Below, piece by piece: positions 38,740 to 51,329 of a DNA stretch of 64,000 nucleotides (the stretch's first letter is position 1; each line of letters opens with the position of its first letter). The DNA is from Schmidtea nova (taxonomy: Eukaryota). The notes beneath the pieces are model-generated. The model had not been told where the DNA came from and did no database searches. It saw nothing but the letters and a program-made list of their open reading frames with translations. The stretch spans positions 49,848,001-49,912,000 of the forward strand of contig CM097884.1 of the NCBI GenBank assembly GCA_044892505.1. The letters are read 5' to 3'. A program made the position numbers and the translations under genes.

Positions 38740-39510
38740 TGGTCCAAGATCTTTCAAAATTTGTGAAACCATATTTTTATAACAGTATTTTTCTGCTTTT
38801 ATGGTCACATTTTTTCCCTCATATGTGTGCACATCATAATTATAGTTGTTTCTGTTCAGAAACCTTCACTGAATAAGTTTTAAATAGCTTCAGAGACATC
38901 TGCAATTAATACTTCAGGTTGTAAATATACGTTGTTTACATTGTTTTACGTTTCATATTCGTTTTTAAATATTTTAGAATATTTAACTGTTCCTTCAATT
39001 TGTTGTCTCCTTAATCAATTAATCTGAATTACATTAGTAAGGAAAACGAAAAATAATTTGAAAAATTCCCAATTCATCTAACGTTTATTTTTTATATATA
39101 AAATAAATTTATTGATTTTTACAGCAACTGAGTTCACCGGTTTCTATGGAAGATTTGGTAAATAGCAGTTTGAAGTACGTTCCGCTTTTATTTTTTAAAT
39201 TTGTTTCTGTTTTGTTTATTAAATGTAAATATTTTTAAAGAGTGTCATCTAAAATAGTTGCTTGGGTCAGTGAGTGTACCGTGGGTCATATGTTTGCATC
39301 GACGCACTAAGACATTACGTTCATTTATGGTTTAGTAGTAAATGGTTCAGATCTTTCAAAATTTGTGGAACAATATTTTTATGAAAGTATTTTTCTGCTT
39401 ATTTCGTCACATTTTGTCTCATGTGTCCAATACATAATTATAGTTGTTTATGTTCCGAGACATTCACTGAATAAGTTTTAAAAAGCTTCGGAGACATTTG
39501 CAATTAAAGG
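38740..39510 (-). pseudogene. Two diverged copies of a MULE transposase core fragment (38740-38930 and 39340-39510)
   Basis: PEVLIADVSEAI*NLF...IIMMCTHM and LIANVSEAF*NLF...IMYWTH...PQILKDL match the MULE LIAD...AI.N...CW.HM pattern. Confidence 0.65.
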
Positions 39511-39997
39511 TTAAGTTTGTAAATTTATCTAGGCTATGTATGTCGTCATCATTTTCAGAATTTTTAATATCAGAGGAAATTATTTATTATAACAGTTATT
39601 AAATAAAGTATATACAAATAGTACAATTTCTCAAGAACCGTAGCTTACGCCTTAACAAATAATTTTTAGTTCAGAGTAAGAGGTTATTAAATTGCATGAC
39701 AATAAATAAACTAGACTAAGTCTTAGTTAAATGAAACAATAACAATAAAAAGATAGTAAAGAATGAATAAAACTGTATAAAATAAAATTTCTTTCAAATT
39801 TTTATCAGCCCAGTTCGCGAGAGTTAATGTGGTACCGTTAGAAAATTATAATATATAACACAGGATAAATTTATTTAAATACAGTAAAAATAAAATTCAT
39901 TTACAAATAAGAAAAGATCATAAATCATACTTATATAAAAATAAAAATTATAATTAATGATTAAAATTTATTATAAAATTTAAATAATTGTATTTAG

Positions 39998-40134
39998 TAA
40001 TATATGCCCTGATGACACGGACCTAATGAAACCTAACGAACCGGAGCCTGAACCAAAGCGTAAACGGAATAGAGTAGTAATAGAATAGTAATTTTTAGCT
40101 AACTGGTACTCAAATTTTAATTATTTATATCTAT
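39998..40134 (+). pseudogene. Isolated paralogue of the terminal exon of the 44-52.9 kb cassette array
   Basis: TTTAG|T AAT ATA TGC CCT GAT GAC... reads NICPDDTDLMKPNEPEPEPKRKRNRVVIE*, nearly identical to 52779-52851. The following intron-like sequence is cut at 40134. Confidence 0.7.
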
Positions 40135-41359
40135 TGTTGGGCTAGCTAAACAGAGGAAAGAGTAAAATAAACCTATAATAATTGAAACAAAAAGAGAAAA
40201 TATAAGATAAGAAAGGGGAATATTAAATTTAAAAGAAAAAGGGTAATATAAATAAAATATAGATGAATTACTGGTAAATTAAATATAAAAATAGATAAAT
40301 TGAGGAGATTTCCAAAATTAACCGGCATAAGAGACACCTAAAAACAAATAAAATGTAAATATTGATAATTAAAACAAAATAAAAGTATTTTTTATTAAAT
40401 AATTGTTCTGAAAAGCCGGATCACCTAGAAAGAATCGAATCGAATCTAAAAAATAAAAATTAATTAAGTAAAGAAAATAATAATTGGACCTACGGTATAG
40501 ACAATCAAACCTGATTGGTCAAGCTAGACCAGACAGATCAGTATATATACTGATCATAAATTCAGTCAAAAAAAAGATAAGAATAACAAGTTTTAGACAA
40601 CAGACTAGTATTGACACAAACTGAGACATTTAGATCAATTGCGAATTTTACATTGAAACCTAGACATTGTCACATTTCAACGGAACTTGGACCCAATCAC
40701 CAGTTTTCGGATCAATAATCTTAAGTAATTTTAAGTTTGATTTATGTATATGCTTTATGTTGTTGGTTTCGGATTGGGTTAAAACAAAAATAGTAAATTA
40801 AACTAATAATTATTTTTAAACGCTCTAGGGATTCCTCCATCCAAAACCTCACATAAAATGCTTACATATCACACGAGCACCCTCGATCATTTCCCTGTAA
40901 TAATCGAGTTGGAAATGTGCAAGGTGTTTGAACAATGATGGGCAGGTGAGCTCTATTGCTAAAACTACTCCCCATTTATGTTCACGGGTTCGTCTCGCTG
41001 CCGATAGAAGGACTTACGCTTTAAGTTTAATCTATCCGCATCCATTATCTTTCATTTCAATTATTTCTTTAGCCCCCTTTTCTTTACAATATATTTCAAC
41101 TTTCAATTTTTCTTTCGGCCCCCTTCTTTACAATATCAACAAATAATCTTTAATCAATTACAATTTATTATCTCTTTAATGTTTCTATTGTTTATTAGAT
41201 TTATGTTAATCTTATTGTTAGTTCTAATGTATAGTTAATTTATTCTATATTTTCCTTTAAATCATTTTAAATTTTTAATAAATCACATTATTTTCTATAC
41301 TTTACCATAAAATAAATACAAACAAAAATTATTTAATAAGCAAAGAAATCACAAAATTT

Positions 41360-41950
41360 CTATTCAAAGTATTTGGTAATGTCTTCATCGGAAACTACAA
41401 AATCCGTGGTTAAATCAATTTCCGGAATGTTGTTTGATCGTTGTGCCAATTGCTGGAGAACTTGTTTCTTCCAGCGACGCTGACGTGCGCCCATCTTACT
41501 CTTCTTTTTCTTCTTGACCTCTGGATTTATCGGGTTCTTTGGTGTACTGGCTACTGTTGTTGCTTGAACCTGAGAGGGTTCCTCGGTGTTCGTTCCTTTT
41601 GTGCATCCTGCTTTCTCGTCAGCCCAATGTTGATAAGTGATTGGTCGAATGAGCTGGCTGAGCTCTTGAGTTAGATACGATGCCGTTACAGATTTTAGGC
41701 ATTTCTTTAATTCCATCTTCGTCGCGTCCAATTCCATTTGTAATTCGCTGTTAGCTCGCTGAGAGCGTTGAGTTTTTGTAATTTGCATTTTCATTTGTTC
41801 TGGACTGAACCAGCTTTTCTTTAGGTTGGAGATTATGCCATCGGCTTCTTTTATTTTTTCCGATTTTCGCAGCATTTCCTTTTCGAGGCTGCGAATTATC
41901 CTCCATGCTTTGTCTAACTCGGCTTGGTTAGTTGCTGTGTTGGCTGACAT
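41360..41950 (-). CDS. Unknown 196-aa coiled-coil protein with basic and acidic C-terminal motifs (ORF-B family, intact copy)
   Basis: Open GC-richer ORF. It aligns without gaps over 63 aa to 54911-55462, and with one gap to 57863-58231. ATG lies 3 nt after a TTTTAG acceptor. Confidence 0.75.
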   Translation of the reverse strand: MSANTATNQAELDKAWRIIRSLEKEMLRKSEKIKEADGIISNLKKSWFSPEQMKMQITKTQRSQRANSELQMELDATKMELKKCLKSVTASYLTQELSQLIRPITYQHWADEKAGCTKGTNTEEPSQVQATTVASTPKNPINPEVKKKKKSKMGARQRRWKKQVLQQLAQRSNNIPEIDLTTDFVVSDEDITKYFE

Positions 41951-42079
41951 TTTCTAAAATTCAGGATTGGTTTATTAACATGAAATTAGTAGTCTTGATT
42001 CGAACGATTCTCATACTTTTGACAGTTATTAATTGCAAATTCAGGAAGAGAAAATGATGTACCTATTACACTTTCAACA

Positions 42080-42216
42080 CTGTCGCTATGTACAGCGATC
42101 AGATACCTTTATTTCATAATACATTTTATTTATTCACGCCTGTGCTATATACAGCAATCAGGATAAGAAAATTATTAAAATAAACTAAGATCCACTGCCC
42201 TATGTACAGGGTTCAG
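42080..42216 (-). repeat. Three repeated stem-loops, each containing TGTAYATA on the minus strand
   Basis: Plus strand CTG-TCGCT-ATGTAC-AGCGA-TCAG, CCTG-TGCT-ATATAC-AGCA-ATCAGG and CTG-CCCT-ATGTAC-AGGG-TTCAG. Spacing 59 and 55 nt. Confidence 0.75.
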
Positions 42217-42677
42217 GATAAGCAATTATGTTTAATTATTTATCTGGAATGTTTGAACCTATAGCCTATTGCTGCTATGTTACTTGCGTAGTAGATCACT
42301 ACGTTATTAGAGTTATCGATTTTTATGTTGTTATTAAAATTATATTTTGTACAAATTCTTAACCGTGTATCTGCCGCTCTATGCCCACAAACCCCAGATG
42401 TGACAATCGAAAAATATAGCTTAACATTCTGTGAATCTCAAGGTAAAATCAGATTAATCAAATCACAGCTATATCTGTCTCAAACTACAATCAAACCTCA
42501 ACTTAACTATAAACTCAAAAATTTAAATCGATTATAAAATAAAACTTCAACTGGCTATACTATCCAGTGAAAACTAAGGTTAGAAATCAAAAATAAAATT
42601 CCTACCCTCGTCACGGCGCTTTACACCGGTCGGACGGCCTAACTGTACGGAGCAGTCGTTTCTACTCGGCACAGTAT

Positions 42678-42969
42678 GCCTCCATTTCACCGATTGCACG
42701 GTGATCGGAGCCCCTTAAATCGTACGTAATTTCTACTGTATCTACTGTATATAAATAATATATATATATTCGCCTCCTTCCACTGATTTCACAGTAGAAG
42801 AAGCTCGACCCAAAAATGGTTTATAAAAATATACTTCAACCTAATTGTTAATATCACAACATAATGTTGCCTCCTTCCACCGATTACACGATGGAAGAAG
42901 CTCAATAAAAGGTATATAATAGATATATGAAGTCGTCTCCTACCACTGATTGCACAGTGGAAGAAGCTT
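42678..42969 (-). repeat. Four ~35-bp palindromic repeats separated by unique AT-rich spacers
   Basis: Consensus CCTCCTTCCACYG-ATTNCA-CRGTGGAAGAAGCT. Loops start at 42693, 42786, 42883 and 42949. Stems show compensatory T-A to C-G changes. Confidence 0.8.
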
Positions 42970-45900
42970 AGTTCAATTCTATATTTAATAATAATTTAAA
43001 ACATACTCAAAATATTTTATTAAAATAACCAAAATGGTCAATGACAGAACTCATAGAAAAACAAATTTATAAAAACAAGAAAAACAAAATATTTATACCT
43101 TTTATGTTGTTCACAAAATTTGCATATACAAAACAAAATTTTCAATCACTGAAAAATTTTTCACCTATCACTTTATCTATATTTTTAACTGAATCTGGAT
43201 CAGTATTTATACTGACCAGATCAGATGTTGAACCAATCAGCGTGAAGCTGATTATCAGATCAGCACAAATAATAAATTACATTAAAAATCAAATCGATTG
43301 ATTTGCTTTAAATTGCTAATAATTTGTTGTTTTTGATTTTTAATATTCTGTAATTCTTTTTCTTTATTATTTCTTTATTTTGCCTTAAATACAATTAAAT
43401 ATCATTGTTTCTTTAACACTTTTACATTTTCTATTTACTTTCTTCTAAATTTTGATAGAAAATTGATATTCTTTATTACATTTTAATTCGTTTTTACTGA
43501 TATTTTCCATAATTATATTTATTTTAATTTATTCTTATTTTATTTCTTATTATTATTATTTTTTATGCTAAATGTGGATCAAATGGTGGATCCAACATTT
43601 ACATGATTTTGTCATAATAATTACCTTTGTCATATAAATTATATTTCGTATTAATAATTTTGTTCTCTTAATCTTTTTCATACAATTTTTATATGCTAAT
43701 TTTGTGGTGTTAATGAATTGAATTATAGAACTTAAATTATGAAATTTAGTGCGCCGACGGGGAGCAATAGGTTCCCAGGGTGTCACTCCGCATCGTGTGG
43801 TTTCAGAGGCTCCACACATGGTAGAGAAATCAATAAAATTAAATAAAATTCTACAGGGTTGCACATGGAACACAAAGAATCGAGGCAAAAATTTCCGTTG
43901 CGGATAGCAGTGAGTAGGTGAGGGCACTGATTTAAATAAATTATGGCAAACAAGAATAAACCCGAGAAGCGTTATATGTTAACAAATTTAAATCCGAGGC
44001 TGTTTTTATAGGTACATTAACCCTTCTGTATTATATATATAATTTACTTACAGGAAATTGGCGACCATAAATGAAAGATTTAACGGAACAAAGTATTAAT
44101 ATAATAGTAATTTTTAGCTAACAGGTACTCAAATTTTAATTATTTATATCTATTATCCAAAAATTTATTATAAAATTTAAATAATTTTATTTAGCAGTAT
44201 AAGGCCTGAAAACGTAAAAGAACCAAAGCGGAAGCAGAAGAGTAGGCCTATAGTGTGTCCTGGGACTAGGTCTGGTTCTAGGCGTAGACCAGGACCAGAA
44301 CCGGTTCTAATTCTAGACGAGATATCTCGACCAACGTAATTAATTAATTTATTCAATAAATTATTATGTTATTGTATTTTTTTAGTCCAAGTATAACGGA
44401 TGAATATGAAGATCCTCTCTCTTGACCAAACATTACTCCGGTCTCTCAGCGAAATTAAATAATTAATATATTCAATAAATTATTATTTTATTGTATCTTT
44501 TAAGAAGTATAAGAATTATTAACATGAGACGAAATGAACGATTATAATGCCACCATCTATATTGACCAACAGAGAAATCAAAAAGACAACGAGTGGCTTC
44601 AAAGTGAAAAATATTGCCTTAATTAATATAGTCTTTATATTTAGATTTAGTCGAAATTCTTCATGGAAAAAACAGATATAACGGTAAATAAATAACTTTC
44701 TTTAATAAATATATATAATTTACTTACAAAAAATTGGCGACCATAAATGAAAGATTTTACGGAATAGAGTAGTAATGGAATAGTAATTTTTAGCTAACTG
44801 GTACTCAAATTTTAATTATTTATATCTATTATTCAAAAATTTATTATAAAATTTAAATAATTTTATTTAGCAGTATAAGGCCTGAAAACGTAAAAGAACC
44901 AAAGCGGAAGCAGAAGAGTAGGCCAATAGTGTGTCCTGGGACTAGGCCTGGTTCTACGCATAGACCAGGACCAGAACCGGTTCTAATTCTAGACGAGGTA
45001 TCTCGACCAACGTAATTAATTTATTTATTCAATAAATTATTATGTTATTGTATTTTTTTAGTCCAAGTATAACGGATGAATATGAAGATCCGAACATTAC
45101 ACTGGTCTCTCAGCGAAAGTAAATAATTATTATCTTCAATAAATAATTATTTTTTTAATCTTTTTAGAAGCGAAAGAATTATTAACAAGAGGCAAAGTGA
45201 ACAGTTTATAATGCCGCCTTCTGAGACTCTGGCAGAGAAAAGACGAATGGCTTCAAAGTAAAAAATATTACATTTAATAATATTGTCTTTATATTTAGAT
45301 TTAGTTGAAATTCTTCATTGAAAATACAGATAGAACGGTAAATAAATAATTTTTTTTAATAAATATATATAAATTACTTACAGAAAATTGGCGAAACCAA
45401 ATGTAAGATTTAACGGAAAAGAGGGGAGATTTAATGGAATAGAGTAGTAATAGAATAGTAATTTTTAGCTAACTGGTACTCAAATTTTAATTATTTATAT
45501 CTATTATCCAAAAATTTATTATAAAATTTAAATAATTTTATTTAGCAGTATAAGGCCTGAAAACGTAAAAGAACCAAAGCGGAAGCAGAAGAGTAGGCCA
45601 ATAGTGTGTCCTGGGACTAGGCCTGGTTCTACGCATAGACCAGGACCAGAACCGGTTCTAATTCTAGACGAGGTATCTCGACCAACGTAATTAATTTATT
45701 TATTCAATAAATTATTATGTTATTGTATTTTTTTAGTCCAAGTATAACGGATGAATATGAAGATCCGAACATTACACTGGTCTCTCAGCGAAAGTAAATA
45801 ATTATTATCTTCAATAAATAATTATTTTTTTAATCTTTTTAGAAGCGAAAGAATTATTAACAAGAGGCAAAGTGAACAGTTTATAATGCCGCCTTCTGAG

Positions 45901-48900
45901 ACTCTGGCAGAGAAAAGACGAATGGCTTCAAAGTAAAAAATATTACATTTAATAATATTGTCTTTATATTTAGATTTAGTTGAAATTCTTCATTGAAAAT
46001 ACAGATAGAACGGTAAATAAATAATTTTTTTTAATAAATATATATAAATTACTTACAGAAAATTGGCGAAACCAAATGTAAGATTTAACGGAAAAGAGGG
46101 GAGATTTAATGGAATAGAGTAGTAATAGAATAGTAATTTTTAGCTAACTGGTACTCAAATTTTAATTATTTATATCTATTATCCAAAAATTTATTATAAA
46201 ATTTAAATAATTTTATTTAGCAGTATAAGGCCTGAAAACGTAAAAGAACCAAAGCGGAAGCAGAAGAGTAGGCCTATAGTGTGTCCTGGGACTAGGTCTG
46301 GTTCTAGGCGTAGACCAGGACCAGAACCGGTTCTAATTCTAGACGAGATATCTCGACCAACGTAATTAATTAATTTATTCAATAAATTATTATGTTATTG
46401 TATTTTTTTAGTCCAAGTATAACGGATGAATATGAAGATCCTCTCTCTTGACCAAACATTACTCCGGTCTCTCAGCGAAATTAAATAATTAATATATTCA
46501 ATAAATTATTATTTTATTGTATCTTTTAAGAAGTATAAGAATTATTAACATGAGACGAAATGAACGATTATAATGCCACCATCTATATTGACCAACAGAG
46601 AAATCAAAAAGACAACGAGTGGCTTCAAAGTGAAAAATATTGCCTTAATTAATATAGTCTTTATATTTAGATTTAGTCGAAATTCTTCATGGAAAAAACA
46701 GATATAACGGTAAATAAATAACTTTCTTTAATAAATATATATAATTTACTTACAAAAAATTGGCGACCATAAATGAAAGATTTTACGGAATAGAGTAGTA
46801 ATGGAATAGTAATTTTTAGCTAACTGGTACTCAAATTTTAATTATTTATATCTATTATTCAAAAATTTATTATAAAATTTAAATAATTTTATTTAGCAGT
46901 ATAAGGCCTGAAAACGTAAAAGAACCAAAGCGGAAGCAGAAGAGTAGGCCAATAGTGTGTCCTGGGACTAGGCCTGGTTCTACGCATAGACCAGGACCAG
47001 AACCGGTTCTAATTCTAGACGAGGTATCTCGACCAACGTAATTAATTTATTTATTCAATAAATTATTATGTTATTGTATTTTTTTAGTCCAAGTATAACG
47101 GATGAATATGAAGATCCGAACATTACACTGGTCTCTCAGCGAAAGTAAATAATTATTATCTTCAATAAATAATTATTTTTTTAATCTTTTTAGAAGCGAA
47201 AGAATTATTAACAAGAGGCAAAGTGAACAGTTTATAATGCCGCCTTCTGAGACTCTGGCAGAGAAAAGACGAATGGCTTCAAAGTAAAAAATATTACATT
47301 TAATAATATTGTCTTTATATTTAGATTTAGTTGAAATTCTTCATTGAAAATACAGATAGAACGGTAAATAAATAATTTTTTTTAATAAATATATATAAAT
47401 TACTTACAGAAAATTGGCGAAACCAAATGTAAGATTTAACGGAAAAGAGGGGAGATTTAATGGAATAGAGTAGTAATAGAATAGTAATTTTTAGCTAACT
47501 GGTACTCAAATTTTAATTATTTATATCTATTATCCAAAAATTTATTATAAAATTTAAATAATTTTATTTAGCAGTATAAGGCCTGAAAACGTAAAAGAAC
47601 CAAAGCGGAAGCAGAAGAGTAGGCCAATAGTGTGTCCTGGGACTAGGCCTGGTTCTACGCATAGACCAGGACCAGAACCGGTTCTAATTCTAGACGAGGT
47701 ATCTCGACCAACGTAATTAATTTATTTATTCAATAAATTATTATGTTATTGTATTTTTTTAGTCCAAGTATAACGGATGAATATGAAGATCCGAACATTA
47801 CACTGGTCTCTCAGCGAAAGTAAATAATTATTATCTTCAATAAATAATTATTTTTTTAATCTTTTTAGAAGCGAAAGAATTATTAACAAGAGGCAAAGTG
47901 AACAGTTTATAATGCCGCCTTCTGAGACTCTGGCAGAGAAAAGACGAATGGCTTCAAAGTAAAAAATATTACATTTAATAATATTGTCTTTATATTTAGA
48001 TTTAGTTGAAATTCTTCATTGAAAATACAGATAGAACGGTAAATAAATAATTTTTTTTAATAAATATATATAAATTACTTACAGAAAATTGGCGAAACCA
48101 AATGTAAGATTTAACGGAAAAGAGGGGAGATTTAATGGAATAGAGTAGTAATAGAATAGTAATTTTTAGCTAACTGGTACTCAAATTTTAATTATTTATA
48201 TCTATTATCCAAAAATTTATTATAAAATTTAAATAATTTTATTTAGCAGTATAAGGCCTGAAAACGTAAAAGAACCAAAGCGGAAGCAGAAGAGTAGGCC
48301 TATAGTGTGTCCTGGGACTAGGTCTGGTTCTAGGCGTAGACCAGGACCAGAACCGGTTCTAATTCTAGACGAGATATCTCGACCAACGTAATTAATTAAT
48401 TTATTCAATAAATTATTATGTTATTGTATTTTTTTAGTCCAAGTATAACGGATGAATATGAAGATCCTCTCTCTTGACCAAACATTACTCCGGTCTCTCA
48501 GCGAAATTAAATAATTAATATATTCAATAAATTATTATTTTATTGTATCTTTTAAGAAGTATAAGAATTATTAACATGAGACGAAATGAACGATTATAAT
48601 GCCACCATCTATATTGACCAACAGAGAAATCAAAAAGACAACGAGTGGCTTCAAAGTGAAAAATATTGCCTTAATTAATATAGTCTTTATATTTAGATTT
48701 AGTCGAAATTCTTCATGGAAAAAACAGATATAACGGTAAATAAATAACTTTCTTTAATAAATATATATAATTTACTTACAAAAAATTGGCGACCATAAAT
48801 GAAAGATTTTACGGAATAGAGTAGTAATGGAATAGTAATTTTTAGCTAACTGGTACTCAAATTTTAATTATTTATATCTATTATTCAAAAATTTATTATA

Positions 48901-50566
48901 AAATTTAAATAATTTTATTTAGCAGTATAAGGCCTGAAAACGTAAAAGAACCAAAGCGGAAGCAGAAGAGTAGGCCAATAGTGTGTCCTGGGACTAGGCC
49001 TGGTTCTACGCATAGACCAGGACCAGAACCGGTTCTAATTCTAGACGAGGTATCTCGACCAACGTAATTAATTTATTTATTCAATAAATTATTATGTTAT
49101 TGTATTTTTTTAGTCCAAGTATAACGGATGAATATGAAGATCCGAACATTACACTGGTCTCTCAGCGAAAGTAAATAATTATTATCTTCAATAAATAATT
49201 ATTTTTTTAATCTTTTTAGAAGCGAAAGAATTATTAACAAGAGGCAAAGTGAACAGTTTATAATGCCGCCTTCTGAGACTCTGGCAGAGAAAAGACGAAT
49301 GGCTTCAAAGTAAAAAATATTACATTTAATAATATTGTCTTTATATTTAGATTTATTTGAAATTCTTCATGGAAAAAACCGATAGAACGGTAAATAAATA
49401 ATTTTCCTTAATAAATATATATAATTTACTTACAAAAAATTGGCGACCATAAATGAAAGATTTAACGGAATAGAGTAGTAATAGAATAGTAATTTTTAGC
49501 TAACTGGTACTCAAATTTTAATTATTTATATCTATTATCCAAAAATTTATTATAAAATTTAAATAATTTTATTTAGCAGTATAAGGCCTGAAAACGTAAA
49601 AGAACCAAAGCGGAAGCAGAAGAGTAGGCCTATAGTGTGTCCTGGGACTAGGTCTGGTTCTAGGCGTAGACCAGGACCAGAACCGGTTCTAATTCTAGAC
49701 GAGATATCTCGACCAACGTAATTAATTAATTTATTCAATAAATTATTATGTTATTGTATTTTTTTAGTCCAAGTATAACGGATGAATATGAAGATCCTCT
49801 CTCTTGACCAAACATTACTCCGGTCTCTCAGCGAAATTAAATAATTAATATATTCAATAAATTATTATTTTATTGTATCTTTTAAGAAGTATAAGAATTA
49901 TTAACATGAGACGAAATGAACGATTATAATGCCACCATCTATAATGACCAACAGAGAAATCAAAAAGACAACGAGTGGCTTCAAAGTAAATAATATTGCC
50001 TTTAATAATATTGTCTTTATATTTAGATTTAGTCGAAATTCTTCATGGAAAAAACAAATAGAACGGTAAATAAATAATTTTCTTTAATAAATATATATAA
50101 TTTACTTACAAAAAATTGGCGACCATAAATGAAAGATTTAACGGAATAGAGTAGTAATGGAATAGTAATTTTTAGCTAACTGGTACTCAAATTTTAATTA
50201 TTTATATCTATTATCCAAAAATTTATTATAAAATTTAAATAATTTTATTTAGCAGTATAAGGCCTGAAAACGTAAAAGAACCAAAGCGGAAGCAGAAGAG
50301 TAGGCCTATAGTGTGTCCTGGGACTAGGCCTGGTTCTACGCATAGACCAGGACCAGAACCGGTTCTAATACTTGACGAGGTATCTCGAACAACATAATTT
50401 ATTTATTTATTCAATATATTATTATGTTATTGTATTTTTTAGTCCAAGTATAACGGATAGACGAAATGAACGATCTGGATGCCCCAATTTATGGGAAGAA
50501 CAAATGTAAGAATTTGTTAAAATTTATTATTGAATTTACTTTTTAATTTGAGTTTTTAATTTAAAT

Positions 50567-50655
50567 AATACTTTTAATATATTATTTTTAAATCATTTTG
50601 TAATTGTTTTTCAAACCATTACAAAATGATTTAAAAGTATAATATTAAAAGTATT
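50567..50655. repeat. Long AT-rich inverted repeat (arms about 37 bp)
   Basis: AATACTTTTAATAT...TTTTAAATCATTTTGTAAT / ATTACAAAATGATTTAAAA...ATATTAAAAGTATT. Confidence 0.8.
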
Positions 50656-50669
50656 TATATTATGAAATA

Positions 50670-51186
50670 TTCATTTTACTTTTTTTTTTGATAAAAAACA
50701 TTTATGTAATAGAATTATATATATGAAACAATTTACTTTATTCATTTTTTGATAAAAAACATTTATGAAATAGAATTATATATGAAACAATTTAATTTAT
50801 TCATTTTTTGATAAGAAACATTTATGAAATAGAATTATATATGAAACAATTTAATTTATTCATTTTTTGATAAGAAACATTTATGAAATAGAATTATATA
50901 TATGAAACAATTTACTTTATTCATTTTTTGATAATAAACATTTATGAAATAGAATTATTTTTGATAAAAAACATTTATGAAATAGAATTATATATGAAAC
51001 AATTTACTTTATTCATTTTTTGATAATAAACATTTATGAAATAGAATTATATATATGAAACAATTTACTTTATTCATTTTTTGATAAAAAACATTTATGA
51101 AATAGAATTATATATGAAACAATTTACTTTATTCATTTTTTGATAATAAACATTTATGAAATAGAATTATTTTTGATAAAAAACAT
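50670..51186. repeat. Minisatellite of 59-61 bp units (two 33-bp short units)
   Basis: TTTTTTGATAA(A/T)AAACATTTATGAAATAGAATTATATATGAAACAATTTACTTTATTCA, about 10 copies. Confidence 0.92.
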
Positions 51187-51329
51187 TAAAGAAATATTTT
51201 TTATGTAACAACATATTATTATTATTATTGATATAATTTATTTTTATTTTATTTATAATGTTATATATTGAAAATTTATTTAAATATTTATTTAAATTCA
51301 GGTTTAATCTACAAAAATTTTTGCAACAG

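Larger units (their letters stand above)
40135..43597 (-). mobile_element. Unclassified element X1, bounded by TGTTGG...CCAACA and inverted promoter-like arms
   Basis: Both ends read TGTTGG, about 360-380 nt of A-rich sequence, CTGATTGG and a palindromic TATA (GATCAGTATATATACTGATC at 40537-40556; the reverse copy near 43198-43217). Encloses two hairpin arrays and ORF-B. No TSD found. Confidence 0.55.

Noticed and set aside
40870-40915. TLDHFPVIIEL as the SDHxPV motif of an AP endonuclease
   Set aside because: The homologous DNA in X2 does not keep this peptide and no other endonuclease motifs are present.
41360-41950. ORF-B as a hepatitis delta antigen-like protein
   Set aside because: Only the size, the coiled coil and a W..(N)..K.IL echo match. 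No rod-like self-complementarity or delta ribozyme is visible, and the DNA promoter and splice signals argue against it. An HMM search would settle it.
42678-42969. CRISPR array or iron-responsive elements
   Set aside because: Spacers are irregular (31-62 nt) and there are no cas genes. CAGTGG lies in the stem, not in a loop as an IRE requires. Kept only as a hairpin array.
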